Counted from the stretch's first letter, positions 20,722-32,617 are shown. The stretch: 64,000 nucleotides of DNA from an uncultured Acidimicrobiales bacterium (GCA_963793385.1 CAWCAF010000035.1:54322-118321); one strand, 5' to 3'. Translations and numbers: made by a program. The notes: generated from the letters alone by a model not told the origin.

Positions 20722-22000
20722 TCGGCAAGCCCCGGATCCGATGACCGTGCCCGACACCAAACCAGTCCACGAGGAAGCGACGCCAACCGACGCGGACACG
20801 CTGATCGTGGGCGGCGGCCCGGCCGGTGCTGCCGCTGGTATCACGCTCGCCCGAAACGGGCATCGCGTCGTGATCATCGACAAAGCCTCCTTTCCCCGGG
20901 ACAAGTGTTGCGGCGACGGCCTGACGACCGGTGCCCTGCGGCTACTCGACGGCCTCGGGCTCGACCCCGTCGACGTGCCGAGTTGGAAGCCGATCCGAAC
21001 CGTCCAGGTCGCCGGGCCCCGCGGCGACGCGATCCAATTCGATCTGCCCACCGGTCCGGGTCACTTCGCCGCCATCGCCCGCCGCTCCGAACTCGACCAT
21101 GCGTTGCTCCTGCGGGCCAGAACCGCAGGTGTGGAGGTCAGAGAAGGCGTCACGATCACCGGAATCACCACGACAGAAGACTCGGTACTCGCTCGACACC
21201 AGCGCCGGGGACTACCGGCGCACGCCATCTGATCGCCGCCGACGGGATGTGGTCGACCACCCGCAAACTGCTCGACCTCGGATCCCCGGGCTATCGCGGT
21301 GAGTGGCATGCCTTCAGGCAGTACTTCACCAATGTGTCGCCGAGGGCCAAGGACGAGCTGTTCGTATGGTTCGAACGCGATCTCCTTCCGGGCTACGTCT
21401 GGGCGTTTCCTCTCGCCGACGGGACCGCCAACGTCGGATTCGGCATCCGACGAGGTCACGGCATCGGCGTGCAGGAGATGAAGGCGCTGTGGACCGACCT
21501 GCTGGCAGCGCCCCCGCATCGCCGAGGTGCTCGGGTCCCGATGCGGTCGCTCTGGATCGCCACACTCGCCTGGCCGATCCCGGCACGACTGGGTCGGTTG
21601 CCGGTCCGGAACGGTCGGGTGATGTTCGTCGGCGACGCCGCAGCCGCCACCGATCCGATGACGGGCGAAGGTATCGGCCAGGCCATCGAAACAGGCATCT
21701 GGGCAGCCGAGGCGATCCACGCCCATGGTGAGGACGTCGACGCAGTCGGCAGGTCCTACGACGAGAGGTTGCGACGGAACATGCAGAAGGACCATCGACT
21801 GGCCGGGCGACTCAGCTGGCCTCCTGGCCCATCCTCGCCTGGCCGAAGCGGCGCTCCGTATCGCCGGAGCATCGAACTGGACACGCCGCAACTTCGTGCG
21901 GTGGCTCTTCGAGGACTACCCGAGGGCGGTGCTCCTCACCCCCAGCGTTGGCACACGAGGCTCTTCTCCCAGCCGGGGGCCTTACATCGGCACCGACGAG
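20699..22000 (+). CDS. Geranylgeranyl-reductase-family FAD-dependent oxidoreductase (at least three frame changes; 3' end approximate)
   Basis: Diagnostic segments are LIVGGGPAGAAAGITLARNGHRVVIIDK..FPRDKCCGDGL, LIAADGMWS, GYVWAFPL and VGDAAAATDPMTGEGIGQA. Confidence 0.7.
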
Positions 22001-22139
22001 GGCGGGACACCCCGCAGGCGTGTGCGGATCCACGACGAGAACGCATCCAGGACCTGGCCGGACGACGTAGGAATAGCACGTGGCCACAATGACCGCTCCC
22101 GTCCGCTCGAGGGTTCAACCAACGATCATCGAGCTGTAT

Positions 22140-22743
22140 CGTCCTTTTGTGCTGTCTCCGTCACCGAGGATCCCGAGCTCGATCTTCGTTCGAGATTCAT
22201 CGCCGGCGATCGCGACGCGCTCAAGACCCTGTACGACCTGCACGGCGACGCCATCTTCACGTTGCCAAGAAAGCGCTCGGTCCCGAACACGCCCAGGACC
22301 TCACCCAGGAGGTCTTTCTCTCCGCATGGCGGGCACGTGGATCGTTCGATGCCGTCGAAGGGAAGCCTCGGTGGATGGCTGATGGGCATCACCAAGAACC
22401 GTCTCATCGACTCCTACCGCCGAACCGGCCGCCGCGTCGACGAGGCCGAACTGAGCGAACCGGTCGAGCAGCGATCGGCCAACGAGGACCACCTTCGCTT
22501 CGGCGTTCTCGCCGACCGGTTGGTGCTCACCGCAGCACTCAACTGCGCTTCCCGACCGGCAGCGCCAGGTACTGACGCTGGCGTTCTGGGGAGACCGGAC
22601 CCAGCAGCAGATCGCCGACGAGTTCGGACTCGCCCTCGGCACGGTGAAGAGCGACATGCGTAGAGGTCTGCTGCGACTTCGAGCAGAGCTCGAGAGAGAA
22701 GATATCAATGGTGTCTCGACGACCGGCAGGGAGGCGTCGATGA
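22140..22743 (+). CDS. ECF sigma factor, SigK-like (frameshifted; both ends approximate)
   Basis: Region 2 (DLTQEVFLSAWR; GWLMGITKNRLIDSYRR) and region 4 (QRQVLTLAFWGDRTQQQIADEFGLALGTVKSDMRRGL) are found in three frames. Confidence 0.7.
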
Positions 22744-23384
22744 ACGACAGAGAGCTTGACGAGCTCCTCACCGAAATGCGGATGCGCATCGGTGATCGTC
22801 AGGAGGATCTCGAATCACCGCCACCAGAGGTATGGGCTGGGATCGAGTCGCACCTCGACGACGCCGGACCCTCGATCGACGACTCACCGGTCGACGAGGC
22901 GCCTCCCGAGGAATCGAGGACCGACCACTCGAACGTGACCTCGCTGGCCCATCACCGCCGCCGGCGCCGGCCCGCCGGCCTGCTTCTCGCAGCGGTGGCG
23001 GCATCGGTTGCCGTTGCGGTCGCCATCGGCACGATGTCGATCGCGACGCCACCACGATCGGCGAGGTCGAGCTGGCGGTCCTCGACAACGGCGAAGCGTT
23101 CGGTGTCGCAACCGTGCTCGACAGCGACGACGGGGTGCAACTCGAAGTCGATCTCGACGAAACTCTGCAACCGGAACAGGGCGAGTTCTACGAGCTGTGG
23201 ATCATCGATACCGACGTCGATCGAGATGTTTTCGCTGGGACGCATCGATGCCGGGGGCACATTCGCTGTTCCCGCCGGGGTCGATGTGGCCGACTTCCCC
23301 ATCGTCGACATCTCCGTCGAGCGCGACGACGGCGATCCGACCCACAGCGGCAACTCGGTCTACCGGGGCCAACTGTCTATCTGA
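22740..23384 (+). CDS. Anti-sigma-K factor RskA-like (two frame changes)
   Basis: A TM segment (LLLAAVAASVAVAVAI) is followed by an RskA-type C-terminal domain (FYELWIID....GGTFAVPAGVDVADFPIVDISVE). The ATG at 22740 forms an ATGA with a possible sigma stop in another frame. Confidence 0.6.
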   Translation: MNDRELDELLTEMRMRIGDRQEDLESPPPEVWAGIESHLDDAGPSIDDSPVDEAPPEESRTDHSNVTSLAHHRRRRRPAGLLLAAVAASVAVAVAIGTMSIATPPRSARSSWRSSTTAKRSVSQPCSTATTGCNSKSISTKLCNRNRASSTSCGSSIPTSIEMFSLGRIDAGGTFAVPAGVDVADFPIVDISVERDDGDPTHSGNSVYRGQLSI

Positions 23385-23432
23385 GCCTTCACCTCAGCGG
23401 CGCAGCCGAAGCGGTGCGTACACTACCCGACT

Positions 23433-25088
23433 GTGAACGGTTGGGATTTTGCCACGGTCTGGGAGTCGGTGGCGGCGGTCCAACCCGATGCACCCGCCCT
23501 CGATCCACGGTGACTTCGTGCGGACCTGGACGGAGACTTGGACCGCAGAGCCAACGGACTCGCACGCTTCCTACTGTCGCCGTGGCTGTGCCCATCAGGC
23601 CTCGATCGGGTTCTACCTCTACAACGGGCCGGAGTACACCGAGCTCTTCCTGGCCTGCTCCAAGGCGTCGCTCGTGCACGTCAACACGAACTATCGCTAC
23701 GGGGTCGCCGAGCTCACGTATCTATGGGACAACGCCGACGCCGAGGTGATCGTGTTCCACGGTTCGTTCAGCGAGACGGCGGCCGAGGTCAGACCCGAGA
23801 TCCCGGCATCCACACCTGGCTCTGGATCGACGACGGCTCAGGTCCCTGTCCCGGGTGGGCGACACCGTACGAGGAGGCCGTCGCCACGCCCACGACCGAG
23901 CACCGTCGTGCTCGCCCGAGGGACGTTCGGGCGATGATCTGGTCCTGCTCTACACGGGCGGCACGACCGGAATGCCCAAAGGGGTGATGTGGCGTCAGGA
24001 TGACCTCCTGATCGTCACCGACGCCAAGAACAAGGTGCCACTGCCGGTCGAACCCGATGTCGGTGCCGACGGACACTCCGAGGCCGCCGCCGAACGCGTG
24101 GCACAGCGGCTCCTGGACCGCGCAGCATTCCGGCGTGCCCGTTGATGCACGGCACCGGGCTCTTCAATGCGCTGAACACCATGAGTCTCGGCGGGACCAC
24201 TCATCACGCTGACCGCTCACCGGCTCGACATCGCAGAGCTGTTCGACACCGTCGAACGTCACCGGGTCGAAGAGCATCTTCATCGTCGGTGACGCCTTCG
24301 CACGGCCGATGCTCGACGGCGCTCGACGCCGAACCCGATCGCTGGGACATCAGCTCGCTCCGGGTCCTCATCTCCTCGGGTGTGATGTGGTCAGCGGACT
24401 CCAAGGCGGGTCTGATGCATCACAACGACAGGATGGTGTGCGTCGACACTTACGGAAGCTCCGAGGCGATCGGTATCGGCTCATCGGTGACCTCCAAGGA
24501 TGCATCGGCAGGACCGCGTCGTTCTCGTTGAGCAAGAGGTCAGCGGTGATCACCGACGACGGCCGCCTGGTCGAAGCCGGCAGCGGAGAGGTCGGTCGTG
24601 TCGGCATCGCCGGCCGCGTCCCGCTCGGATACCACAAGGACCCCGAGAAGACCGCCACCACCTTTCCCACCGTCGACGGGATTCGGTACTCGGTTCCCGG
24701 CGACTTCGCCACGGTTGAGGCCGACGGTTCGATCACGCTGCTCGGCCGGGGTTCGGTCTGCATCAACACCGGCGGCGAGAAGGTGTTTCCCGAGGAGGTC
24801 GAAGAGTCGCTCAAGGGCTGTTGTCGGGGTGCGGGATGCGATCGTGGTCGGTGTGCCCGACGATGCGCTTCGGCCAGCGGGTGGCCGCGGTCGTGGCCGG
24901 TGAGCCGGCGTCGGTGTCGGAGGCGGATGCGATCGCCCACGTCAAGGACCAGCTCGCCGACTACAAAGCCCCCCGGCACGTCATCACCGTTCCTTCGTCT
25001 GGAACGAGCGGCCAACGGCAAGGTCGACTACAGCCGTTGGACCGCCTTCGCCGAGCGTGCGGTTTCGAACGAACCGAACGAGACCTAG
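23433..25088 (+). CDS. Acyl-CoA synthetase / fatty-acid-CoA ligase (FadD-like); at least nine frame changes
   Basis: ANL motifs (LLYTGGTTGMPKGVMW, YGSSE, GDFATVEADGSITLLGRGSVCINTGGEKVFPEEVE, ANGKVDY) are scattered over all three frames. Confidence 0.75.
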
Positions 25089-25991
25089 CCTCCAGCGCCC
25101 CACTGCTCGAGCAGCTTGACGAATTCTTCGGCGGGATTGGCCGGAACCACATAGCCCTCTTCGTAGTTGATTGCGTCCCAGTCGTCTCGAACGGTTTCGG
25201 CGGTGATGCTCGCCCCGCGAGATGTGCCCTGGGTGAGTCCGACGAAGAAGCGGGCGACCGTCCCACCAGCTACGGAATAGACGTTGCCGCTCGTCGGGCA
25301 GGAGTCGTGGGCGAGGTACATGACCAGCGGGCTGACGAATCTCGGATCGAGCTGTTCTGCCATGCCGCCCAGCAGGTCCTCGGTCATCCGGGTCTTGGCG
25401 ACCGGGGCGATGGCGTTGGCCCGGATTCCGTACTTGGCCCCTTCGGCAGCGAGGACGCCGGGTGAGTCCGACCAGGCCCATCTTGGCGGCCGCATAGTTG
25501 GCCTGGCCGAAGTTGCCGAGGAGGCCCGAGTTCGACGATGTGTTGATGACTACGCCGCTCTTCTGCTCCCGGAAGTGGATCCACGCCGGGCGGGTGACGT
25601 AGAACGCACCCTTGAGGTGCACGTCGATCACCGGCGTGAGGAGGTCGTCGTCGAGGTTGTGGAACGTCTTGTCCCTCAGGATCCCCGCGTTGTTCACGAC
25701 GATGTCGACCTGGCCGAACGCGTCGATGGCGGAGGCGACGATGGCCTCACCCCCCTGAGGGGTGGCGACCGACTCACCGTTGGCAACCGCTTCTCCTCCC
25801 AGGGCCTCGATCTCGTTGACCACCGACTGGGCGGGTGAGTCCGAACCTCCGGTTCCGTCGAGTGAACCCCCGAGGTCATTGACCACGATGCGTGCGCCGC
25901 GTCGGGCGAATTCGAGCGCATGTTCACGTCCGAGTCCTCCACCTGCGCCGGTGACTATCGCAACCTTGCCGTCGAATCCCAATTCAGCCAT
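25085..25991 (-). CDS. SDR-family oxidoreductase (MFE-2/Hsd4-like dehydrogenase domain); one frame change near 25475
   Basis: Diagnostic segments are KVAIVTGAGGGLGREHAL, NNAGILRD, the YAAAKMGLVGL catalytic region, and IRANAIAP in the adjoining frame. Confidence 0.75.
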
Positions 25992-26060
25992 ATCGTTCCT
26001 ACTCCTCGGTAACATCTTCGCGGTTGGATGGTATCGAGGGAGCAGCGCAGGCCCTATGCC

Positions 26061-26240
26061 TCAGCTCTCGACCGTGTCGAGTTGCGATTCGGGTTTGGTG
26101 CTCAGAATGGCGCGCACATCGAGCAGTAGGTCGGTGACCTCATCGGAGGAGACCAGCTTGCGGGTGGTCAGACCGCCGAGACCCGCGTCGATGATCGCTA
26201 GGGCTTCGGCGATTTCAATGGGCTCGAGTACGTTGGTCAC
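26061..26240 (-). CDS. Small hypothetical protein (59 aa from a GTG start)
   Basis: The sequence VTNVLEPIEIAEALAIIDAGLGGLTTRKLVSSDEVTDLLLDVRAIL has protein-like composition. No family was recognised. Confidence 0.3.
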   Translation of the reverse strand: MTNVLEPIEIAEALAIIDAGLGGLTTRKLVSSDEVTDLLLDVRAILSTKPESQLDTVES

Positions 26241-26440
26241 TGCGCCTCCAAGTCGATCAGGGGCAGGAAACCCGGGCTGTCGTGCTCGCCCGTCCTGCAC
26301 CGCCTCAGTCTACTCGGCATCACGGCGTAGACGAGACCGGGAGGTGACGTAGTTGAACCGATCCCAAGCTGGCTGCGGACACTCAAGGTCCGGTTCTGGC
26401 GTGTCGAATCCTGTGGTGAGTCAACCGCTCACTGGGCCCC

Positions 26441-27139
26441 ATGTCTGCACCATCCCTCACACCCGAGCCAAGCTGGACAGCCGAGGACGAACGCGCCCTG
26501 GAAAGCCGCCAGAAACACCATGTGACCGCAGTGCGATTCTCGTCGGTACTGTCGGCCGTGGCAACCGTCCTGGCTGCGTGCCTGGCGGTGCTCGGCCTCT
26601 TTCAGAATTCCAGTGCCGGCGAGGTCGCCTCGGGACCCGTCGACCCGCTCCCGCTCGACGGTTCCCCGCTCGCCTACGAAACCACCGCAATCGAGTCGGT
26701 CGCCGAATCAGGGTTGGAGCTGATCCGCTACCCATGGCGGTCCGAACTCGAGGGCTGGACGATCACATTCCTGGAACCGCGAGGCCGGGCCTCGGGCTAC
26801 ACCTGGAGCGGCGACAAGCGAATCGAGGTGTTCGTCAAGGACACCGACAACGGTGCCAGGGTGGCCCGAGTACTGGCCCACGAACTCGGACATGCGGTCG
26901 ATGTGTCACTCAATACCGGCGACGAACGACGCGCCTGGCTTGAGGAGAGAGAAGCTCCCGAGGCCACACCGTGGTGGCCCGGCAGTGGGCTGCCGGACTT
27001 CGAAAGCGGTGCCGGTGACTTCGCCGAGGTCTTCGCGGCATGGCAGGTCGGCTCCGCCGACTTCAAGTCGGAGGTCAATCCGACCATCGACGGAGGAGAC
27101 TACGACCTGCTGGCCGAGCTGTCACTGCGAGGGGGCTGA
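26441..27139 (+). CDS. Membrane-anchored putative zinc metallopeptidase (HExxH)
   Basis: Intact 232 aa with a TM segment (VLSAVATVLAACLAVLGL) and ARVLAHELGHAVD. Confidence 0.5.
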   Translation: MSAPSLTPEPSWTAEDERALESRQKHHVTAVRFSSVLSAVATVLAACLAVLGLFQNSSAGEVASGPVDPLPLDGSPLAYETTAIESVAESGLELIRYPWRSELEGWTITFLEPRGRASGYTWSGDKRIEVFVKDTDNGARVARVLAHELGHAVDVSLNTGDERRAWLEEREAPEATPWWPGSGLPDFESGAGDFAEVFAAWQVGSADFKSEVNPTIDGGDYDLLAELSLRGG

Positions 27140-27204
27140 CCTAGGCCGAACTCGGCGCGGCTCCATGCCCTCGAGGTGAGGGAGCGGGATCCTGGAGCCG
27201 GGAC

Positions 27205-27444
27205 TCAGCCGGCTGGGTCGGGGTCGGCCTCGGCCGTTTCGGCTTCACCCTCAGGGCTGCCATCGATCTTGTCGGCGAGTTCCTTGACCTTTTCCAGCGG
27301 TCCTTCAAACCTGCCACCGGTCGCCGAGTTCACGGCGTCAGCAACTTTGTCGATACCCTCTTCCAGCTTGCCGCCCACGGTCTTGCGCACGTCGCCGGCC
27401 TTGTCGGTGACGCCGTGAAGCGTGTCTTTGGCCTTGTCGGTCAT
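27205..27444 (-). CDS. MT0933/Rv0909-like small protein ('antitoxin-like', PF14013-type)
   Basis: DKAKDTLHGVTDKAGD...GIDKVADAVNSATGGRFEGPLEKVKELADK matches the repeated DKAKD/IDKA..TGGK pattern of that family. Confidence 0.6.
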   Translation of the reverse strand: MTDKAKDTLHGVTDKAGDVRKTVGGKLEEGIDKVADAVNSATGGRFEGPLEKVKELADKIDGSPEGEAETAEADPDPAG

Positions 27445-27520
27445 CTTTGTCGGTCATGCCTTTGTCGGTCATGCCTTTGTCGGTCATGCCTTCATCAGTC
27501 ATCCCTTCATCAGTCGTTCC
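27431..27520 (-). repeat. 15-nt tandem repeats encoding (G/E)MTD(K/E) units at or upstream of the 5' end of the MT0933-like gene
   Basis: The + strand reads gccttgtcggtcat|ctttgtcggtcat|gcctttgtcggtcat x2|gccttcatcagtcat|cccttcatcagtcgt. One unit is 13 nt rather than 15, which separates the upstream ATG (27523) from the main frame. Confidence 0.8.
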
Positions 27521-27611
27521 CATGTAGTCAGTCCTTTCGAGACGGGTGAACGGCCATTCTGCCCGATTTTTGTGGACATATCTGCGAACGGGTCAATCCT
27601 CGTAACACAAT

Positions 27612-30040
27612 GTGGTCATGGCGACACAGAAACGTACCGGAGAACTGCACGTCGGCGAGGAGGTGGATCCGGCATCGGGCGATCGCAACGGACAGCCGAC
27701 CCTGCTCGACAGTGCCGATTTCACCACCCACGGCGTGATCGTGGGCATGACCGGTTCGGGCAAGACCGGCCTTGGCATCGTGCTGCTGGAGGAGGCGCTC
27801 CTCTCCGGGGTGCCCGTGCTGGCCATCGATCCGAAAGGCGATCTGGGCAATCTGGCTCTGACCTTTCCGGACCTCGACGGACCCTGCGTTCGAACCGTGG
27901 ATGGACGATGGCACGGCCCGGGTGAAGAACACCTCGGTTTCCGATCTCGCCGCATCCACCGCCGAGATGTGGAAGACGGGTCTGTCGGGATGGGGTCTGG
28001 ACGGCTCGGACATCCAGCGGCTGCGGACGGCGGCCGACCCGGTGATCTACACGCCTGGCGCCGACTCGGGCATTCCCCTCGACGTCCTCGGACGCCTCGA
28101 TCCCCCGGCCACCGATGATCCGGGAGCTCGCCAGGACGAAGCCGACGCAACCGTGAGCGGTCTGCTCGGACTCGTCGGCGTGTCGAGCGATCCGCTGTCG
28201 GGCCGCGAACACATCCTTCTCGCCAACCTGATCAACCGATCGTGGGACTCAGGTGTTGTGCTGGACCTCCCATCCCTTCTCGGCCAACTGCTCGATCCGC
28301 CGATCCGCAAGCTCGGCGTGCTCGATCTGGACACCTTCTTTCCCGCTGCTGATCGTCAAGCGTTGGTCATGAAGCTCAATGGGCTTCTGGCTTCGCCCAG
28401 CTTCGCCGCCTGGGCCACCGGTGCCCCGTTGGATCCCCAGACGATGCTGTGGGATGGCGAGGGCAAGGCTCGGGCTGCGGTCGTGTCGCTGCGCCACCTC
28501 GACGAGACCGAGCGTCAGTTCGCTATCACGATGATCTTGAGCCGGCTGATCTCCTGGATGAGAACACAGTCCGGCACGGGTCAGCTGCGGTGCCTGGTCT
28601 ATATCGACGAGGTCATGGGATTGGCGCCTCCGGTCGGCAACCCATCGACCAAGAAGCCGATCCTGACACTGCTCAAACAGGCTCGTGCATTCGGCGTCGG
28701 TCTGGTCCTCTCCACCCAGAACCCGGTGGACCTGGACTACAAGGCGATCTCGAACGCCGGGACATGGATGATCGGTCGACTGCAAACCGAGCAGGACAGG
28801 AACCGTCTCGTCGATGGCCTGCGATCCGCCGACGGTGCGGTCGATGTCAAGGAGATCGAGGCGACGATCGGCAGCCTCGACAAGCGCCAATTCGTTCTCC
28901 GGACAACCAGGTCGTCGGAGACGCCGCTGTTCACGACCCGCTGGGCCATGAGCTATCTCGCCGGGCCCCTGTCACGCGATCAGATCACCGAGCTGATGGC
29001 CCCCGAACGCGAAGCTCTGTTGGAGAGCCAGGGCGCAGCAGCGTCGGGGGGCCAGGCAGTTTTCTCGTCCTCTGCTGCGGACTCACCCGCACCCCTTGGC
29101 GAGGACGAGTCCAGCGTCGCTCCGGGCGTCCCGGACCACACCCCGGTTCGCTACGCCGTTGCCGCAGCCCCGTGGCTGCCCACCGTCGGGGGCACACCCG
29201 GCGGGCTGCGGCTCGTGCCGGTGATCGCGGCTCGGGTTCAACTCCTGTTCGACGACACCAAAGCCGATCTCCGCCACGTCGAGGAATGGGAGGCGATCGT
29301 TCCCGATCGTCGGCGAAGGATTCGACGCCGATGCGCTGGTCGAAGTGGACTTCGACGACCGCGACTTCACCACCGATCCTCCCGATGGAGCCCGCTATGT
29401 GGTCCCCGAGCGCAACATCACCAAGACCGCCCTGTCGGCGATCGAGCGAGACCTCAAGAATCGGCTGTATACCGACGAGCAGATTCAGTTGGTGCAGAAT
29501 CGTGAACTCAAGCTGTTCAGTCGACCGGGTGAGACCTCCGGAGGACTTCGCCCGTCGATGTCGGGCTGCGGCCGACGAAATGAGCGATCAGGCAGCCGAC
29601 AAGCTGCGCCAGAAGCTCGAATCACAACTCGACCGGATCCGGGATCAGATCGCCGTGGCCGAAGACCGCGTGCGACAGGCCGAGATAGACGCCGGTGGAC
29701 GTAAACAACAGCAGGTGGTGGACATTCGGAGCGTCGCTGTTGGGCGGGCTGCTGGGAGGCAGACGCCGTTCTCGTTCCCTGGCGTCTGCCGCCCGACGAA
29801 TGAGCAGCGGAAGCAGGCAGGCTGCATCGTCCAAGAAGCGGCTCGACACCGCGCTCAACCGGTTGGATGGAAAAGAGCGATGACCTCGAGGAGTTGGAGG
29901 CCAAGCTGGCCGACAGCCTCATCGAGATCGACGATGAGTGGAACGACAGGGCTGAGATGATCGAAGAACTCGCCGTCGGTTTGGAGAAGACGGACATCAC
30001 CGTCGACGACCTGATGATCGTCTGGATCCCGACGTCATGA
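27612..30040 (+). CDS. HerA/FtsK-superfamily P-loop ATPase (DUF87-like), ~800 aa, with a coiled-coil C-terminus; at least five frame changes
   Basis: Walker A is VIVGMTGSGKTGLG, Walker B is LRCLVYIDEVMG, and LVLSTQNPVDLDYKAISNAGTWMIGRLQTEQD follows. The C-terminal segments are found in ORFs 29345, 28449 and 29695 and end at TGA 30038-30040. Confidence 0.65.
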
Positions 30041-30074
30041 TCCCGGGACCGCGAGCGCGCCGGCTCGATCGAAC

Positions 30075-31086
30075 CTAGACCCGACTTGTTCGAACCCACG
30101 CCTGGTGATTGGAACCGGCGAGGATACGGGCCGATGGTGTGCGCCCGGTCCACGCCCCGATGAGCAGGGCCGGTCCGCCGCTGCCGATCCGAAGGCGCAC
30201 AACGTCGGAGGGGCGCCCCAACCCTACTTCGGGATCGATTCAGATCGAGGCCACGTTCGGCCGCCAGGTAGGCGAGGACCGGCCGACGGGACTCTTCACC
30301 GATGCCGTGCGGGTACACCGCGACCGCTCTTGTCGACGGTCCTGCGAAGGCCGCGTAGCGCCATCCGTGCGCTCGAGGCGTCGCTGCGACAGCCACCGAC
30401 CGATCGAACGCACCAGGTCGAAAAGCGAACTCCGGACTGCCCATCGCCTCTCGGACCAGGCCCGTCACTTGCTCGATGGTGGCGCCTTCGATGAGCAACC
30501 CGAGTCTCAGGCGTTCCGCTCCCAGGGCCGGGCCGATACGAAGCCGGCGCGTCTCCAGGACGACCCAGCAATCAGGATCCAATGCGTGTTCGATCCGAAA
30601 CAGGGCCGTTTCGTGACCGATCAGCCCCAGCGACCAACCCCGCAGCTCGCCGGCACCGATCCATGTTCTGATCGGTGAGTCCGGAGCCGGTTCGGGACGG
30701 ATGTCGTTCCATCGCCGTTGCGCATCGAGAAGCCGGACTCGGCGCTGGTCCTTTCTGTTTCGCAGCTCGTCGATTTCCTGCGATGCCGGTTCGGTCAGCG
30801 GCGTCGTGCCGGCGCTGCTCGTGGCGTTGGCCTGGCCAGCGCCTGTTCGTAGGCCTGCACCGATCGCGTGAAGGCGGACCGGGCGTTGATCACGGCCCGG
30901 TAGGCGATCTGCTGGCGCCGGCGCCGGCGTGACGTGCGCCATGGTGCGACGTCGACGTCGGGCTACGCGCTGGCTGAAGAAGGCGAACACCAGGATCGGA
31001 ACGGCCAGTCCCGCCACCAATGCGAGACCGATCCACGGGAGCACGATCGAGATCGTACTGTGGGACCTCGATCCGCTGGAGGACAC
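30075..31086 (-). CDS. Hypothetical membrane-anchored protein (one frame change near 30235)
   Basis: This is the upper part of the 533-aa ORF. It has a TM segment (IVLPWIGLALVAGLAVPILVFAFF). A protein-like C-terminus (IDPEVGLGRPSDVVRLRIGSGGPALLIGAW..) lies in a second frame and ends at 30075. Confidence 0.35.
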
Positions 31087-31120
31087 TCGTCAGGGAACCG
31101 AGCGAACGACCATTAGACGA

Positions 31121-32114
31121 TCAGAAGACTCGTAGTTCCCCGAGCCCGGCAGCGTTGAACGGCAAGCGATCGTCGTCTCGGAGGACCTCGATGACCACCA
31201 CGCCCTTCGGTGCCCGAAGGTCCCCACCCTCACCCATCACCGGTGGCACCTCGGCCAGTTCGAGCGCGCTACCGACCTCGAGCAGATCATCCAGGACCTG
31301 CGAGAGCGCTGGGGGTCTCGGTGGCGATGCCGAGGAGACGACCGACGGCGGCGGAGGAGTCGATGACGGCGTTCGCACCGCTCTGCCGCAGGAGGTGGAG
31401 ATTCTCCTTGACCCGGCCGGCCGCAACGATCTGGGCATCGGGATTCAGTTCTCGTGCGGTCAGGGTGACGAGCACGGCGGTGTCGTCTCGGTTGGGCGTG
31501 ACGATCACCGCCTTCGAGCGGTCGATCGCTGCCTGGTGCAGAACGGTGACCCTCGACGCATCCCCACGAACGGAGGTGAAACCGTCCTCCTGGGCTTTGG
31601 CGCAGACGGCACCATCGGAGTCGACGACGACGATCGACGTTGATGGCACACCCTGTGCCACCAGCGCGCTCGTTGCGCTCTGGCCCGTCGAACCGAACCC
31701 GCACACGATGTAATGATCCTTCACGCGTTGCCTCCAACGTTGGGTGAGAATGAGCTGGCGCGACCGTTCGGTCAGCACCTCGACCGTCGTCCCCACCACC
31801 AGGATGAGGAAGAGGATCCTGGCCGGCGTGATGAGCAGGAGAGCCGCCAGCCGGGTGGGCGTCGTCACCGCCGATATGTCGCCGTAGCCGGTCGTGGTGA
31901 CGGTGACCGAGGCGTAGTAGAGGGCATCGACGATGCCGATCTCTCCGCCGGCGGTGTCGACGTAGCCGTTGCGCCCGATGTACACGACGACGGCGATGAA
32001 CACGAGCAGCGACGCGGCGTAGGCGATTCGAGCGCCGATCGCCGAAAGCGGCGGTCTCGGGCGAAGCGGCAGTCGGATTCGATCGACTGCGAGCTTGGGC
32101 TGAGCCACTCGCAC
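31121..32114 (-). CDS. Potassium channel with RCK/TrkA-N and TrkA-C domains (one frame change near 31300)
   Basis: The selectivity filter is TVTTTGYGD. The Rossmann segment YIVCGFGSTGQS follows, and the C-terminus continues in ORF 31121..31438. Confidence 0.8.
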
Positions 32115-32583
32115 ACACTACCGGTCGATCCCGCGGCAATCGATGGTGTCGCAAATGGCCGTCGGGCGGCCCAACGCGCCGAGCTGGCCACGACGCTGCC
32201 GGCGGTCGGTGATGCGATTCGAAACGGGTCCGCCGCGATCGAGAGCTTCGACGCTATGGCCGCCGCCCGCCGCCGGTTGCGCCACCACGACGATTGGATC
32301 TTGCGGTTCGACGGCCCCTGTCGCACCAATCCAGTCCAAACCTATGCATGTGGGTCTGCGAAGTGCGACGAACAGCGTTCTGACAACCGCCATCTCGGGA
32401 CCGGATCGGGCGGCCGGACTCTGCCGCCGAAACCCGGGTCTTTCGACCCTTGGGAAATGGTCGTGCAGCGCGCACAGTTCAACTGTGCACACCGTGAGTT
32501 GGGTCGATTGCGGGGCCATCCGCCGGGCCCCCACGGCTCAAACACGGGTGCACATCGTGGGCGACAAGGCGACGGGGATCAAC

Positions 32584-32617
32584 GGCATGGCACGCTTAGC
32601 GGTAAGCGTGTCATGCC
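32584..32617. other. 15-bp-stem hairpin with a GCGG loop in an unassigned region
   Basis: The structure reads ggcatg-g-cacgctta-gcgg-taagcgtg-t-catgcc. The arms are exact complements apart from one G/T pair. Confidence 0.6.

Noticed and set aside
29485-30074. Lower third of the 533-aa minus-strand ORF
   Set aside because: It overlaps the 3' end of the HerA-like gene on the other strand. The plausible protein ends in another frame at 30075.
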